Assembly: GCA_964291675.2 (NCBI GenBank)
Contig: OZ219866.1
Span: 2,784,001-2,848,000, forward strand
DNA length: 64,000 nucleotides
Direction of reading: 5' to 3'
Source of the DNA: Alphaproteobacteria bacterium
GTDB lineage: Bacteria > Pseudomonadota > Alphaproteobacteria > MPNO01
The notes beneath the pieces are model-generated. The model ran no database searches and was not told the origin of the DNA. It saw only the letters and a list, made by a program, of their open reading frames with translations. Below, piece after piece: positions 9,005-18,909 of the stretch (within the stretch, counting starts at the first letter, position 1; every line of letters starts with the position of its first letter). A program made the position numbers and the translations under genes.

Positions 9005-9720
9005 CCATGGATGGCCGGATCGAGTCCGGCCATGACGAAGGGGGGGTTCGGCACGTCCCCCACTCCGTCATGGCCGGACTCGATCCACTGGTGTCCGGTT
9101 TAGATGAGCTGGACCGGGCGCAAAGCCTTGTTCCGGGCGGGATATCGGCGCATCCGCCGGATCGGGACACGGATCGCCGCACGCCCGCACTTGCCGTCCG
9201 TGCCCCTCCGTTGTCACCCCGGCCTCGTTCCGGGCACCCACGGGCGGGGCGGGCCGCACCCGGCTCCCGTACTCCTCCACCGCCACCCCCACCCCGTCAT
9301 GGCCGGACTTGATCCGGCCACCCATGCGCGGACTTGATCCGCGCAACCACTAGCGCCACCGGTACAACGCCCCGTCGGGAGGAGCGGCGGCGCCAGTGGA
9401 TGCCCGGATCACCCCCGGACTTGATCCGGGGGCCGGGGCATGACGATGGGGGGAGGCATGGTGATGGGGCGGGAAACGCCGGGCGCGACGCGCGTCGAAG
9501 GCTAAACCGGACAGCAGTGGACTTGATCCGGCCATCCATGCGGCGTCCCCGCTTGCGAGGCGGCCGGCGGGAAGGGGCGGCGGCGCCAGTGGATGCCCGG
9601 ATCAAGTCCGGGCATGACGATGGGGGGAGGCATGGCGATGGGGCGGGAAACGCCGGGCGCGACGCGCGTTGAAGGCTAAACCGGACAGCAGTGGACTTGA
9701 TCCGGCCATCCATGCGGCCT
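9005..9720. repeat. Cluster of REP-like palindromes (family B, gtcatggccggacttgatccggccatcc) with an internal tandem duplication
   Basis: Multiple copies in both orientations. 9433-9544 is nearly identical to 9608-9717. Confidence 0.85.
9086..9519. mobile_element. Non-autonomous MITE-like element inserted in a REP palindrome
   Basis: TIRs CACTGGTGTCCGGTTTAG (9086-9103) and CTAAACCGGACAGCAGTG (9502-9519). Flanks GACTCGATC and GACTTGATC. A second right end lies at 9676-9693. Confidence 0.6.
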
Positions 9721-9740
9721 CTCGGCCCGTAAGGCCGGGC

Positions 9741-10721
9741 TCAGGCGATCCGCCCCTCCTCGACCGCGTGGCAGGCGACCTCCGCGCCGCCGGCGGGCCT
9801 GAGCTCCGGGCGTTCCCGGCGGCAGCGCTCGTCGGCGTGCGGGCAGCGCGGGTGGAAGGCGCAGCCCGGGGGCGGGTCGATCGGGCTCGGCACCTCGCCG
9901 GCGACGGGTTCGCGCTCGCGTCGGCTCATCGAAAGGTCGGGGATGGTGTCGAGCAGCAGCCGCGTATAGGGGTGGCGCGGGCGGCCGAACAGGGTCGCGG
10001 TGTCGGCGAGCTCGCAGATCCGCCCGAGATACATCACCGCGACCCGCGACGAGACGTGATAGACCACCGCGAGGTCGTGCGAGATCAACAGATAGGTGAG
10101 CCCGAGCGCGCGTTGCAGCGCCTTCATCAGGTTGAGGATCTGCGCCTGCACCGAGACGTCGAGCGCCGAGGTCGGCTCGTCGCAGACGATGAACTCCGGC
10201 TCGCCCGCCAGCGCCCGGGCGATCGAGATGCGCTGGCGCTGCCCGCCGGAGAACTCGTGCGGGTATTTCTCGCCGTCGACCGGCGAGAGGCCCACGCGGG
10301 TCAGCAGCCCGGCCACCCGTTCCTCCACCGCCGCGCGGTCGGGCAGCAGCCGGTTGTGGCGGATCGGCTCGGCCACGATGTCGCGCACCCGCCAGCGCGG
10401 GTTGAGCGAGGCGTAGGGGTCCTGGAAGATCATCTGCATGCGCCGCCGCGCCGGCGATGCCGGGCCGAGCTCGGCGCCGGCATAGCGGATCGAACCGGCG
10501 CCCGGCGCGTGCAGGCCGACGATCAGCCGAGCGACGGTCGACTTGCCGCAGCCCGACTCGCCCACGAGCGCGAAGGTCTCGCCGCGCCGGATCGCGAAAT
10601 CGACCCCGTCCACGGCCTTCACGATGCGCCGCCCGCCGCCCTCGACGGCGCGGTTGAGCCAGGGCGGGGAGACGTCGAAATGGCGCTTGAGCCCGGCGAT
10701 TTCGACCAGCGGATCAGCCAT
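9741..10721 (-). CDS. dppF: Dipeptide/oligopeptide ABC transporter ATP-binding subunit
   Basis: GESGCGKST, FSGGQRQRI, CDEPTSALD, C-terminal oligo_HPY (HPYT, CAFHPRC). Confidence 0.9.
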   Translation of the reverse strand: MADPLVEIAGLKRHFDVSPPWLNRAVEGGGRRIVKAVDGVDFAIRRGETFALVGESGCGKSTVARLIVGLHAPGAGSIRYAGAELGPASPARRRMQMIFQDPYASLNPRWRVRDIVAEPIRHNRLLPDRAAVEERVAGLLTRVGLSPVDGEKYPHEFSGGQRQRISIARALAGEPEFIVCDEPTSALDVSVQAQILNLMKALQRALGLTYLLISHDLAVVYHVSSRVAVMYLGRICELADTATLFGRPRHPYTRLLLDTIPDLSMSRREREPVAGEVPSPIDPPPGCAFHPRCPHADERCRRERPELRPAGGAEVACHAVEEGRIA

Positions 10722-11700
10722 GTGCCGGCATCCCGTTGTCGCGATAGAGCCGGCAGGCGACCTCGGATTCGCCGATCGGCGCGAGCCCGGGCCGGTCGCG
10801 GTCGCACCCCGCCACCGCCTTCGGGCAGCGCGGGTGGAAGGCGCAGCCGGCGGGGATCTCGTGCAGCCGCGGCATCGCGCCCGCGATCTGCGCCAGGCTG
10901 TCGACGTCGCGCCCGACCGCCGGGATCGCCGCCATCAGCCCCTCGGTATAGGGGTGGAGCGGCGATTCGAGCACCCGGCGCACCGGCCCGATCTCGGCGA
11001 TCCGCCCGGCATACATCACCGCGACCCGGTCGGCGGTCTCGGCGATCACCCCCATGTCGTGGGTGATCAGCAGCACGGATGCGCCGCGCTCGGCGCTGAG
11101 GCGCTTGAGCAGGCGGATGATCTGCGCCTGGATCGACACATCGAGCGCCGTGGTCGGCTCGTCGGCGATGATCAGCTCGGGCTCGGCGGCGAGCGCGAGC
11201 GCGATCACCACGCGCTGGCGCATGCCGCCGGAGAACTGGTGCGGGTAGTGGTCGATGCGCTCGGCGGCCGCCGGGATGCCGACCTCGCCCAACAGCTCCA
11301 GCGCGCGCCGCCGGGCCGCGCGCACGCCGATGTCGAGATGGGCGAGGATGGTCTCGACGAGCTGTTCGCCCACCGTGTAGAGCGGGTTGAGGCTGGTCAG
11401 CGGGTCCTGGAAGATCGCCCCGATGCGCCGCCCCCGGATGCGCCGGATCTCGTCCGGCGGCAGGCCGTCGATGCGCTCCCCGGCGAGGCGGACCGAGCCC
11501 GCGGCGATGCGCCCCGGCGGCTCCAGCAGGCCGATGATCGCGTTGCCGGTGAGCGACTTGCCGGCGCCCGATTCGCCGACCATGCCGAGCACCTCGCCCT
11601 TGGCGATGGCAAACGACACCCCGTCGACGGCGACCAGCGTGCCGCGGCGGGTCGGGAACTCGACCCTGAGCCCGTCGACCTCAAGCAGCTTCGGGCTCAC
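10714..11700 (-). CDS. dppD: Dipeptide/oligopeptide ABC transporter ATP-binding subunit
   Basis: GESGAGKS, FSGGMRQRV, ADEPTTALD, HPYT. GTG start overlaps the upstream stop (GTGA). Confidence 0.9.
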   Translation of the reverse strand: MSPKLLEVDGLRVEFPTRRGTLVAVDGVSFAIAKGEVLGMVGESGAGKSLTGNAIIGLLEPPGRIAAGSVRLAGERIDGLPPDEIRRIRGRRIGAIFQDPLTSLNPLYTVGEQLVETILAHLDIGVRAARRRALELLGEVGIPAAAERIDHYPHQFSGGMRQRVVIALALAAEPELIIADEPTTALDVSIQAQIIRLLKRLSAERGASVLLITHDMGVIAETADRVAVMYAGRIAEIGPVRRVLESPLHPYTEGLMAAIPAVGRDVDSLAQIAGAMPRLHEIPAGCAFHPRCPKAVAGCDRDRPGLAPIGESEVACRLYRDNGMPAHG

Positions 11701-12644
11701 AGCGCCGCCCCGCGGCGGAGCTTCGGGTTGAACGCATCGCGCAGCCAGTCGCCGAGCAGGTTGACGGCGAGGATCAGCGCCGCCAGCAGCACGCCGGGGA
11801 AGACCACGATCCACCACTCGCCGGAGAACAGGAAGTCCTGGCCGATGTCGATCAGCGTGCCGAGCGAGGGCTCCGTCGGCGGCACGCCGACGCCGAGGAA
11901 GGAGAGCGTGGCCTCGGTCAGTATGGCGACGGCGAGGCCGATGGTCGCGATCACCAGCACCGGGCCCATCGCGTTGGGCAGGATGTGGCGCAGCATGATG
12001 GCGCCCGGGCCGACCCCGATGACCCGCGCGGCCTGGACGTATTCCTTGTTCTTCTCGACCAGGGTGGAGCCGCGCACGGTGCGCGCGAACTGCACCCAGC
12101 CGGAGGCGCCGATGGCGAAGACGAGAACGTAGAGCGCGAGCTCGTCATGGCGCTCGCGGGGCAGGATGCCGCGCAGCACGCCGTCGATCAGCAGCGCGAC
12201 CAGGATCGCCGGGAAGCTGATCTGCACGTCGGCGACGCGCATGATCGCCGCATCCACCGCGCCGCCGGCATAGCCCGCGACGAGCCCGAGCGTGACGCCG
12301 ATGAAGCCGGCCAGCAGCACCGAGGCGAAGCCGACCAGCAGCGAGATGCGGGCGCCGTAGAGCATCGCCGAGTAGAGGTCGCGCCCCTGGTCGTCGGTGC
12401 CGAGCACGAAGCGCCAGTCGCCGCCTTCGGCCCAGACCGGCGGGGTGAAGGCGTCCAAGAGGTCGAGCTCGGCCGGGTCGAACGGGTTCTGCGGCGTGAT
12501 CCAGGGTGCGAACAGGGCGGCCAGCACGATCGCCGCGGTGACCGCCGCCGCGCCGATTGTGATCCGCGACGCCGTGAAGTCGTGCCAGAGGTCGTGGTCG
12601 CGCAGCCGCGCCGCCGCCCGGCCGATACGCGCGAGGGCGGTCAT
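11697..12644 (-). CDS. dppC: Dipeptide/oligopeptide ABC transporter permease
   Basis: LGTDDQGRD, EYVQAARVIG, HILPN, EATLSFLG motifs. Confidence 0.9.
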   Translation of the reverse strand: MTALARIGRAAARLRDHDLWHDFTASRITIGAAAVTAAIVLAALFAPWITPQNPFDPAELDLLDAFTPPVWAEGGDWRFVLGTDDQGRDLYSAMLYGARISLLVGFASVLLAGFIGVTLGLVAGYAGGAVDAAIMRVADVQISFPAILVALLIDGVLRGILPRERHDELALYVLVFAIGASGWVQFARTVRGSTLVEKNKEYVQAARVIGVGPGAIMLRHILPNAMGPVLVIATIGLAVAILTEATLSFLGVGVPPTEPSLGTLIDIGQDFLFSGEWWIVVFPGVLLAALILAVNLLGDWLRDAFNPKLRRGAAL

Positions 12645-12675
12645 CGGAGGACCTCGGGGCCGGTCGGAACCGCGA

Positions 12676-12786
12676 CGCGCCCCTCGATACGGCCCTCCGG
12701 GCCGACGCGGGATGAGGGGAGCGTATCGGGGCCGCCCCGCCCGACCTTCGTCCCCGGCAGCGGCGAAGCGGCGTATCGAAGGATGG
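12676..12786. repeat. REP-like palindromic element (family A) inside the dpp operon
   Basis: cgcgccctcgatacgg...gggatgaggg and ...gcggcgaagcggcgtatcgaaggatgg arms. Confidence 0.7.
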
Positions 12787-12794
12787 CCACCGCA

Positions 12795-13778
12795 CTACCC
12801 TCCCTCGGCCCCGCGGTCGATGCGGAGCCTGGGGTCGACCACGTGGTAGAGGATGTCCACGGCCAGGTTGATCAGCACGAAGAACAGCGCGATCAGCACC
12901 AGGTAGCTCGCCATGACCGGTATGTCGGCGAACTGGATCGCCTGCAGGAACAGGAGCCCCATGCCGGGCCACTGGAACACGGTCTCGGTGATGATGGCGA
13001 AGGCGATGATCGAGCCGAGCTGGAGCCCGGTGACGGTGATCACCGGCACCAGCGTGTTCTTCAGCGCGTGGCCGAAATTGACCGCCCGGTCGCTGAGCCC
13101 GCGGGCCCGGGCGAACTTGATGTAGTCGGTGCGCAGCACCTCCAGCATCTCGGAGCGCACCAGCCGCATGATCAAAGTGAGCTGGAACATACCCAGCGTG
13201 AAGGCCGGCATCAGGATCGACTTCCAGCCGCTCGCGGTCAGCAGGCCCGTGCTCCACCAGCCGAGATCGACCGCCTCGCCCCGGCCGAATGTGGGCAGGA
13301 GCCCGAGCCAGACGCCGAAGACCAGGATCAGCAGGATGCCGATGAAGAAGGTGGGAAGCGATATGCCGACCAGCGAGACGGCCAAAAACGCCTTCGACAG
13401 CAGCCGGGCGGGGTGGAGCGCGGTGTACACCCCCATCGGGATGCCGACCAGCAGCGCATAGAGCGCGGCGACCAGGCTGAGCTCCAGCGTCGCCGGCAGG
13501 CGTTCGGCGATCAGCTCGGCGACCGGGCGGTCGATGGCATAGGAGATGCCGAACCGCCCCTGGGCGATGTCGCCGACATAGCGGGCGAACTGGAGGACGA
13601 CCGGATCGTTGAGCCCGAGCTCCTCGCGCAGCGCCGCGCGCTCCTCCAGCGAGGTCTCCTGCCCGACCATCTGGGCCACCGGATCGCCGACATAGCGGAA
13701 CAGGGTGAAGCCGATCAGCGCCACCGCCAGCATGACGACGACCGATTGCAGCAGCCGGCGCAGGACGAGCGCGATCAC
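12795..13778 (-). CDS. dppB: Dipeptide/oligopeptide ABC transporter permease
   Basis: RLPATLEL, DYIKFARARGL, HALKN, ETVFQWPGMG. Confidence 0.9.
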   Translation of the reverse strand: MIALVLRRLLQSVVVMLAVALIGFTLFRYVGDPVAQMVGQETSLEERAALREELGLNDPVVLQFARYVGDIAQGRFGISYAIDRPVAELIAERLPATLELSLVAALYALLVGIPMGVYTALHPARLLSKAFLAVSLVGISLPTFFIGILLILVFGVWLGLLPTFGRGEAVDLGWWSTGLLTASGWKSILMPAFTLGMFQLTLIMRLVRSEMLEVLRTDYIKFARARGLSDRAVNFGHALKNTLVPVITVTGLQLGSIIAFAIITETVFQWPGMGLLFLQAIQFADIPVMASYLVLIALFFVLINLAVDILYHVVDPRLRIDRGAEGG

Positions 13779-13820
13779 GGGGCCGGGCTCAGCGCGTGGC
13801 GGCCGGGCCGGCGCCCGGCC

Positions 13821-15437
13821 CTATTTCATCCGCACGTGCCGCCAGGCGAACTGGTTGTCCGGGCGCTGCGCGAGGGTGACGCCGTCCCGCACGCCCCAGG
13901 CGAGCGCCTGCTGGTGCAGCGGCACGTGGGCGATGTCGGCGATGGTCATCGACCAGGCCTCTTCGATCAGCCGGTCGCGCGCGGCCTTGTCGGTCTCCGA
14001 CAGGATGCGCGCGGCGAGCGCGTCGACCTTGGGGTTGCAGTAGCCGCCGAGGTTGAACTTGCCGCTGGAAATCCGGTTGCGGTCCGCCTCCGCCCAGATC
14101 GCGCCCGCGCCCACGCGCGCGCAGCCGTGCAGGTTGTAGAGCGGGTTCCACGAATCGAAGCTGCCCGGCGTCCAGCCCAGCAGGTAGAAGCTGGTCTCCA
14201 GCCGCGGCGCCAGGATCTTGGGGAAGTACTTGGCCTTGGGCTGGGCGTTGAGCTTCACCCTGATGCCCACCTTGGCGAGCATCGAGACGACGGCCTGGCA
14301 GATCGCCTCGTCGTTGACATAGCGGTCGTTGGGGCAGTCCATGCCGACCTCGAGCCCCTCGCCGTAGCCCGCCTCGGCGAGCAGCGCCCTGGCCCGCCCG
14401 GGATCGTGGGCGAGGCGCTTGAAGTCGGCGCTGAAGCCGTTGATGCCGGGTCCGATCATCATCGCCGACGGGTTGGAGAGGCCGCGCATCACCTTGCGGC
14501 GGATCGCCTCGATGTCGATCGCCCGGTAGACCGCCTCGCGGACCCGCCGGTCCCTGAACGGGTTCCTGCCCTTGACGTCGGAGTAGAGGAGCTCGCCGCG
14601 GAACTGGTCCATGCCGAGGAAGATGGTGCGGAGCTCCGGCCCCACCAGCATCCGCGTGCCGGCGTTGCGGTCGACGCGCCTGATGTCCTGCACCGGGATC
14701 GGATAGGCCATGTCGATCTGGCCCGACAGCAGCGCCGCCACGCGGGTCGCATCCGACGCGATCGGGGTGAAGGTGACTTTGGTGAGGTTGTGCTCCCTGT
14801 TGGCGTTGTCCCACCAGCCCGGGTTGGGCACCGCCACCGCCCGGATCCCGGCCTCCCGGCTGACCAGGCGGAACGGCCCGGTGCCGTTGGCGTGGCGGGT
14901 GGTGTACTTCTCCTGGTCGTCCGCCATCGCCTCCGGGGTCGCGGCGTTGTGCTTCTCCGACCAGCTCTTGGACATGATGCCCCAGGAGCCCCATTCGACG
15001 TGCAGGATGGGGTTGGGGGTCTCGGTCACGAACTCGACGGTGTAGTCGTCGATCTTGACCACCTGCTTGACGCCGGCGAGCCGGGTGGTGAGGTCCGAGC
15101 CCTTGGCGCGCACCCGGTCGGCCGAGAACAGCACGTCGTCGGCGGTGAAATCCTCGCCCTCGTGGAACTTCACGCCGCGCCGCAGATGGAAGCGCCAGCG
15201 GTCGGGCGCCACGATCTCCCAGCGCTCGGCGAGCGCGGGCTCGATGGCGAGGTCGGGTCCGCGCCGGATCAGCCCCTCGTAGATGTTGCCGAGGAAGCCG
15301 AGCGTGAAGGTCTCGTTGAGCGTATAGGGGTCCATCGAATCCGCATCGCCCTGGAAGGCGAAGCGGAGCTCCTTGGCGTTCGCCGTGGCGGCGGCGAGCG
15401 CGCAGGCGAGCGCGACAAGGGTCAGCCTGGTTCGCAT
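13821..15437 (-). CDS. dppA: Peptide ABC transporter substrate-binding protein (SBP family 5)
   Basis: Signal peptide MRTRLTLVALACALAAATANA. IYEGLI, PALAERWE, LRRGVKFHEG, GTGPF. Confidence 0.88.
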   Translation of the reverse strand: MRTRLTLVALACALAAATANAKELRFAFQGDADSMDPYTLNETFTLGFLGNIYEGLIRRGPDLAIEPALAERWEIVAPDRWRFHLRRGVKFHEGEDFTADDVLFSADRVRAKGSDLTTRLAGVKQVVKIDDYTVEFVTETPNPILHVEWGSWGIMSKSWSEKHNAATPEAMADDQEKYTTRHANGTGPFRLVSREAGIRAVAVPNPGWWDNANREHNLTKVTFTPIASDATRVAALLSGQIDMAYPIPVQDIRRVDRNAGTRMLVGPELRTIFLGMDQFRGELLYSDVKGRNPFRDRRVREAVYRAIDIEAIRRKVMRGLSNPSAMMIGPGINGFSADFKRLAHDPGRARALLAEAGYGEGLEVGMDCPNDRYVNDEAICQAVVSMLAKVGIRVKLNAQPKAKYFPKILAPRLETSFYLLGWTPGSFDSWNPLYNLHGCARVGAGAIWAEADRNRISSGKFNLGGYCNPKVDALAARILSETDKAARDRLIEEAWSMTIADIAHVPLHQQALAWGVRDGVTLAQRPDNQFAWRHVRMK

Positions 15438-15628
15438 GGTCTCGATCTCCCCGTGGAGTTCGCTCGTGGCTGGCCGGAGTGTCGGGGCGCCCATCCGGGA
15501 AGTCAACGCGGGTTCCCGATGCGGCGTCGACTCCGCCCGGCGAGGTTCCGTCCGACGTCGATCCGGCTTAGGCTGATCCGCCGACCGGCCGGCGATCCTT
15601 CAACCGACAACCCGGGAACCGCACGAAC

Positions 15629-17149
15629 ATGGTCCGCATCCTGAACGCCTTTGCGCTCGCGGCGGCGATCGCCCTGGCGCCGCTCCCCGCCGCCGCCGAA
15701 CCGCTCTCCCTGACCATCGTCCATGTCGGCGACTGGGACCGGATGGAAGGCCGCAAGGGGGCGGGCGGGGCGGCGCGGATCGCCGCGGTCGTGGCCGAGG
15801 AACGCGCCCGGGCCGAGGCGCAAGGCGGGCATTCGATCGTCACCTTCGGCGGCGACATGATCTCGCCCTCGCTGATGTCCGGCATCGACAGGGGTGCGCA
15901 CATGATCGAGCTCGCCGACGCCATCGGGTTCGACATCGGCGTCGTCGGCAACCATGAGTTCGATTTCGGCGCCGCGGTGCTGCGTCAGAGGCTGTCGGAG
16001 TCGCGCATGACCTGGCTCGCCGGCAACGTCCGCTACAAGGGCGAGCGCTTTCCCGGCGCCCCCGCGACGACGATGCTGGAAAAAGGCGGCTTCCGCATCG
16101 GCTTCCTCGGGCTGGTGATCGCCGACACGCCGGAAATCTCCAAGCCCGGCAAGGAGACGACCTTCGCCCCCGTCGTGGAGACCGGGATCGCGCTGGCCAG
16201 GGAGTTGAAGCGGGCGGGCGCCGACCTCGTCGTCGCGCTCACCCATGACGAGATTGCCCGCGACATGGAGCTGCTCGGCGGGTCGCGCGGGATCGACATC
16301 CTGCTCGGCGGTCACGACCATCTGCTGCTGGCCCGCTACGACGGAAGGCAGGCGGTCATGAAGGCGGGCTCGCAGGGGGACCACGTCGCCGTGCTCGACC
16401 TCGAGATCGCGCGGCGCAAGAACCGCGCCGGCGCGCAAGTCGCCGTCTGGACCCCGAGCTGGCGCCTGCGGTCCACCGCCGGTCTCGCCGGCGACGCGAC
16501 GGTCGCGGCCAGGGTCGAGGCTTACCGGGCCCGGCTCGACCGGGACCTCGGGGCGGTCATCGGCGAAACGCGGACGGCGCTCGACACCAGGCGGGTCGCG
16601 GTGCGTGCGGGCGAGACCGCCTTTGGCAATCTCGTCGCCGACGCGATGCGGGCGGCGACGGGGAGCGACATCGCGCTCCTCAACGGCGGCGGGGTGAGGG
16701 GCGACACCGTCTATCCCGCCGGCACCGCGATCACCCGCAAGCTGGTGCTGACCGAACTCCCCTTCGGCAACAGGACGGTAACGCTCCGCCTGACCGGCGC
16801 GCAGCTAAAGCAGGCGCTGGAGAACGGCGTGAGCCGGGTCGAGCGCGCCGCCGGCCGGTTTCCCCAGGTCTCGGGCATCGCCTTCGCCTTCGATCCCCGC
16901 CGGCAAGCCGGCGCGCGCATCGCCCGGGTCGCGGTGGGCGGCGAGCCGCTGGATCCCGGCAGGAGCTACACGCTGGCCACCGTCGACTTCCTCGCCGGCG
17001 GCGGCGACGGGTATGGCGTATTGCGCAGCGCCGAGGTGCTTGTCGACGCCCGCTCGGGCGGGCTCACGGCGGGTCAGGTGATCGAGCGCATCGCCGCATC
17101 CGGCACCGTCGCGCCGGCGATCGAGGGGCGGATCGTGCGGGAGGAATAG
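15629..17149 (+). CDS. Bifunctional metallophosphatase/5'-nucleotidase (periplasmic)
   Basis: Signal peptide, GGD, GNHEFDFG, LGGHDH, NGGGVRG, LPFGN, FPQVSG, FLAGGGDGY. Confidence 0.9.
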   Translation: MVRILNAFALAAAIALAPLPAAAEPLSLTIVHVGDWDRMEGRKGAGGAARIAAVVAEERARAEAQGGHSIVTFGGDMISPSLMSGIDRGAHMIELADAIGFDIGVVGNHEFDFGAAVLRQRLSESRMTWLAGNVRYKGERFPGAPATTMLEKGGFRIGFLGLVIADTPEISKPGKETTFAPVVETGIALARELKRAGADLVVALTHDEIARDMELLGGSRGIDILLGGHDHLLLARYDGRQAVMKAGSQGDHVAVLDLEIARRKNRAGAQVAVWTPSWRLRSTAGLAGDATVAARVEAYRARLDRDLGAVIGETRTALDTRRVAVRAGETAFGNLVADAMRAATGSDIALLNGGGVRGDTVYPAGTAITRKLVLTELPFGNRTVTLRLTGAQLKQALENGVSRVERAAGRFPQVSGIAFAFDPRRQAGARIARVAVGGEPLDPGRSYTLATVDFLAGGGDGYGVLRSAEVLVDARSGGLTAGQVIERIAASGTVAPAIEGRIVREE

Positions 17150-17309
17150 AGCCGGTTGCCGCCAGGATGACGCCAAAGCTGTTGCCATACTCTGTTGATT
17201 TATAATGATATTCTTCCTTTCTGTCGAATAAACAAAGTTGACTCTTCTTATCCTAAATCCGGCAGTTGCTGGTGGTCTGGATTGGCTGGAGTCCTTGTAG
17301 ACTGCGGGG

Positions 17310-18875
17310 ATGAGCGGATTTGGAGAGACCGGAGAGGGTCACCCTGCGGGTGAGGATCCCTGCGCGGTGCGGGACGTCGCCTGCGAGGCCGTGAAGGTGG
17401 ACACCTTCGGCGGCACGGTTCATGTCGAATGGGACCCCGACGCGGCGGTTACGCCGCTGGGCCATCTGGCATTTTTCGCGGAATATCTGAAGGTGAGCGG
17501 GCGCTTCGAGGCGCTGGTGGCGGACTGCCCGCTGCATTACGCGAGCCCGAACGCGCCGTCGAAGCGGGACATTCTGGGCACGGTGCTGCTGTCGGTCCTG
17601 GCGGGCCAGTCGCGCTATGCGCACATCACGGCGCTGCGCGGCGACGGGGTGAACCCGGCGCTTCTGGGGATGGGCAAGGTTGCGAGCGAGGATTCGGTGC
17701 GGCGCGGCCTGGAGCGGATCGCGGCGGATGAGGGCACATCGTGGCTTCAGGGCCATCTCGACGACACGCTTCGTCCCCTGCTGAGCGAGCCCTGGGTTCT
17801 GGATTGCGACACCACGATCAAGCCGCTCTACGGCCGCCAGGAGGGGGCGGTGGCGAGCTACAACCCGAAGAAGCCGGGCCGCCCGTCGCACGCCTGCCAT
17901 GCGTTCCTGATGGCGGGCACGCGGCTGGTTCTGGATGTCGAGGTTGCGCCGGGCAACCGTCACCGTTCGATGCGGGCGGCACCGTCCCTGTGGGCCTTGC
18001 TCGACCGTCTCGGCCGGGATCGCTGGCCGCGCCTGGTGCGGGGCGACAAGGACTGGGGCAGCGAGGGCAACATGGCGTCGTGCGAGGCGGCGGGTCTGGA
18101 CTATCTGTTCAAGCTGCGCCTGACCAAGGGGGCGCGCCGGCTTGCCGAGCGGCAGATGGGTCGGGACGGCTGGCAGGACGCGGGCCAGGGCTGGCAGGGG
18201 ATCGGGGCCGCGCTCCGCCTGCACGGCTGGAGCCGGTCGCGCCGGGTGGCGGTGCTGCGCCGCCGGCTGCGCGAGCCTCTGGCGCTGACGCGCCACGACG
18301 ACGGCCAGGGCGAGTTGTTCTGGACCGAGGCGCGGCCCGGCACCGGGGTGTGGGAGTTCGCGGTGCTCGCGACCTCGCTCGATCTGGAGGTGCGCTCGCT
18401 GGCCCAGCTCTACCGCGACCGAGCCGATGCCGAGAACGGCTTCGACGAGCTTAAGAACCAGTGGGGCTGGGGCGGCTTCACCACGCGCGACCTGACGCGC
18501 TGCCGCCACATGGCCCGGCTGATCGCGCTGATCTATAACTGGTGGAGCCTGTTCGTCCGCCTCGCCGATCCCGACCGCCACCGCGAGGCGATCACCAGCC
18601 GCCCGCTGCTGTTGCACGGCGTCGCCCGCCAGACCCATCATGCCGGCCAGACCCGGCTGACGGTGACCTCCCATCACGGGCGCCGCGCGGCGGTGGCCGC
18701 GGCCCTGCGGCGGATCGCCGGCTTCTTCCGCGCCCTGGCGCAAACTGCGGAGCAGTTGACCGCCGAGGATCGCTGGCGCCGCATCCTCGCCGAAGCGCTC
18801 AAGAAATACCTCCATGGACGCCAGCCCGGCCGTCAACCCTGGCTGCCGCCCCCTCGGGCCGCGCCAGCGTGCTGA
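17310..18875 (+). CDS. DDE transposase (IS1380-family-like)
   Basis: VLDCDTT, LYGRQEGA..SYNP, VRGDKDW, YRDRADAENGFDELK. Confidence 0.9.
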   Translation: MSGFGETGEGHPAGEDPCAVRDVACEAVKVDTFGGTVHVEWDPDAAVTPLGHLAFFAEYLKVSGRFEALVADCPLHYASPNAPSKRDILGTVLLSVLAGQSRYAHITALRGDGVNPALLGMGKVASEDSVRRGLERIAADEGTSWLQGHLDDTLRPLLSEPWVLDCDTTIKPLYGRQEGAVASYNPKKPGRPSHACHAFLMAGTRLVLDVEVAPGNRHRSMRAAPSLWALLDRLGRDRWPRLVRGDKDWGSEGNMASCEAAGLDYLFKLRLTKGARRLAERQMGRDGWQDAGQGWQGIGAALRLHGWSRSRRVAVLRRRLREPLALTRHDDGQGELFWTEARPGTGVWEFAVLATSLDLEVRSLAQLYRDRADAENGFDELKNQWGWGGFTTRDLTRCRHMARLIALIYNWWSLFVRLADPDRHREAITSRPLLLHGVARQTHHAGQTRLTVTSHHGRRAAVAAALRRIAGFFRALAQTAEQLTAEDRWRRILAEALKKYLHGRQPGRQPWLPPPRAAPAC

Positions 18876-18909
18876 AATCGACCCCTGAAATCGACCCCTG
18901 AAATCGACC
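18872..18909 (+). repeat. Three tandem 13-bp units CTGAAATCGACCC at the transposase stop
   Basis: ctgaaatcgaccc ctgaaatcgaccc ctgaaatcgacc read directly. Confidence 0.9.

Noticed and set aside
5212-9063. Long antisense and alternate-frame ORFs (e.g. 5212-9063 -, 11985-15644 +, 48301-51972 +, 35055-37901 -)
   Set aside because: Shadow ORFs of real genes in high-GC DNA; Arg/Gly/Ala-rich with no recognisable motifs.
9005-9720. CRISPR array
   Set aside because: Repeats occur in both orientations with irregular spacing and duplicated 'spacers'; no cas genes.
3619-9864. The 117-bp repeat pair as a diversity-generating retroelement TR/VR
   Set aside because: Mismatches are mostly G/C exchanges, not adenine-specific on either strand, and there is no reverse transcriptase in the window.
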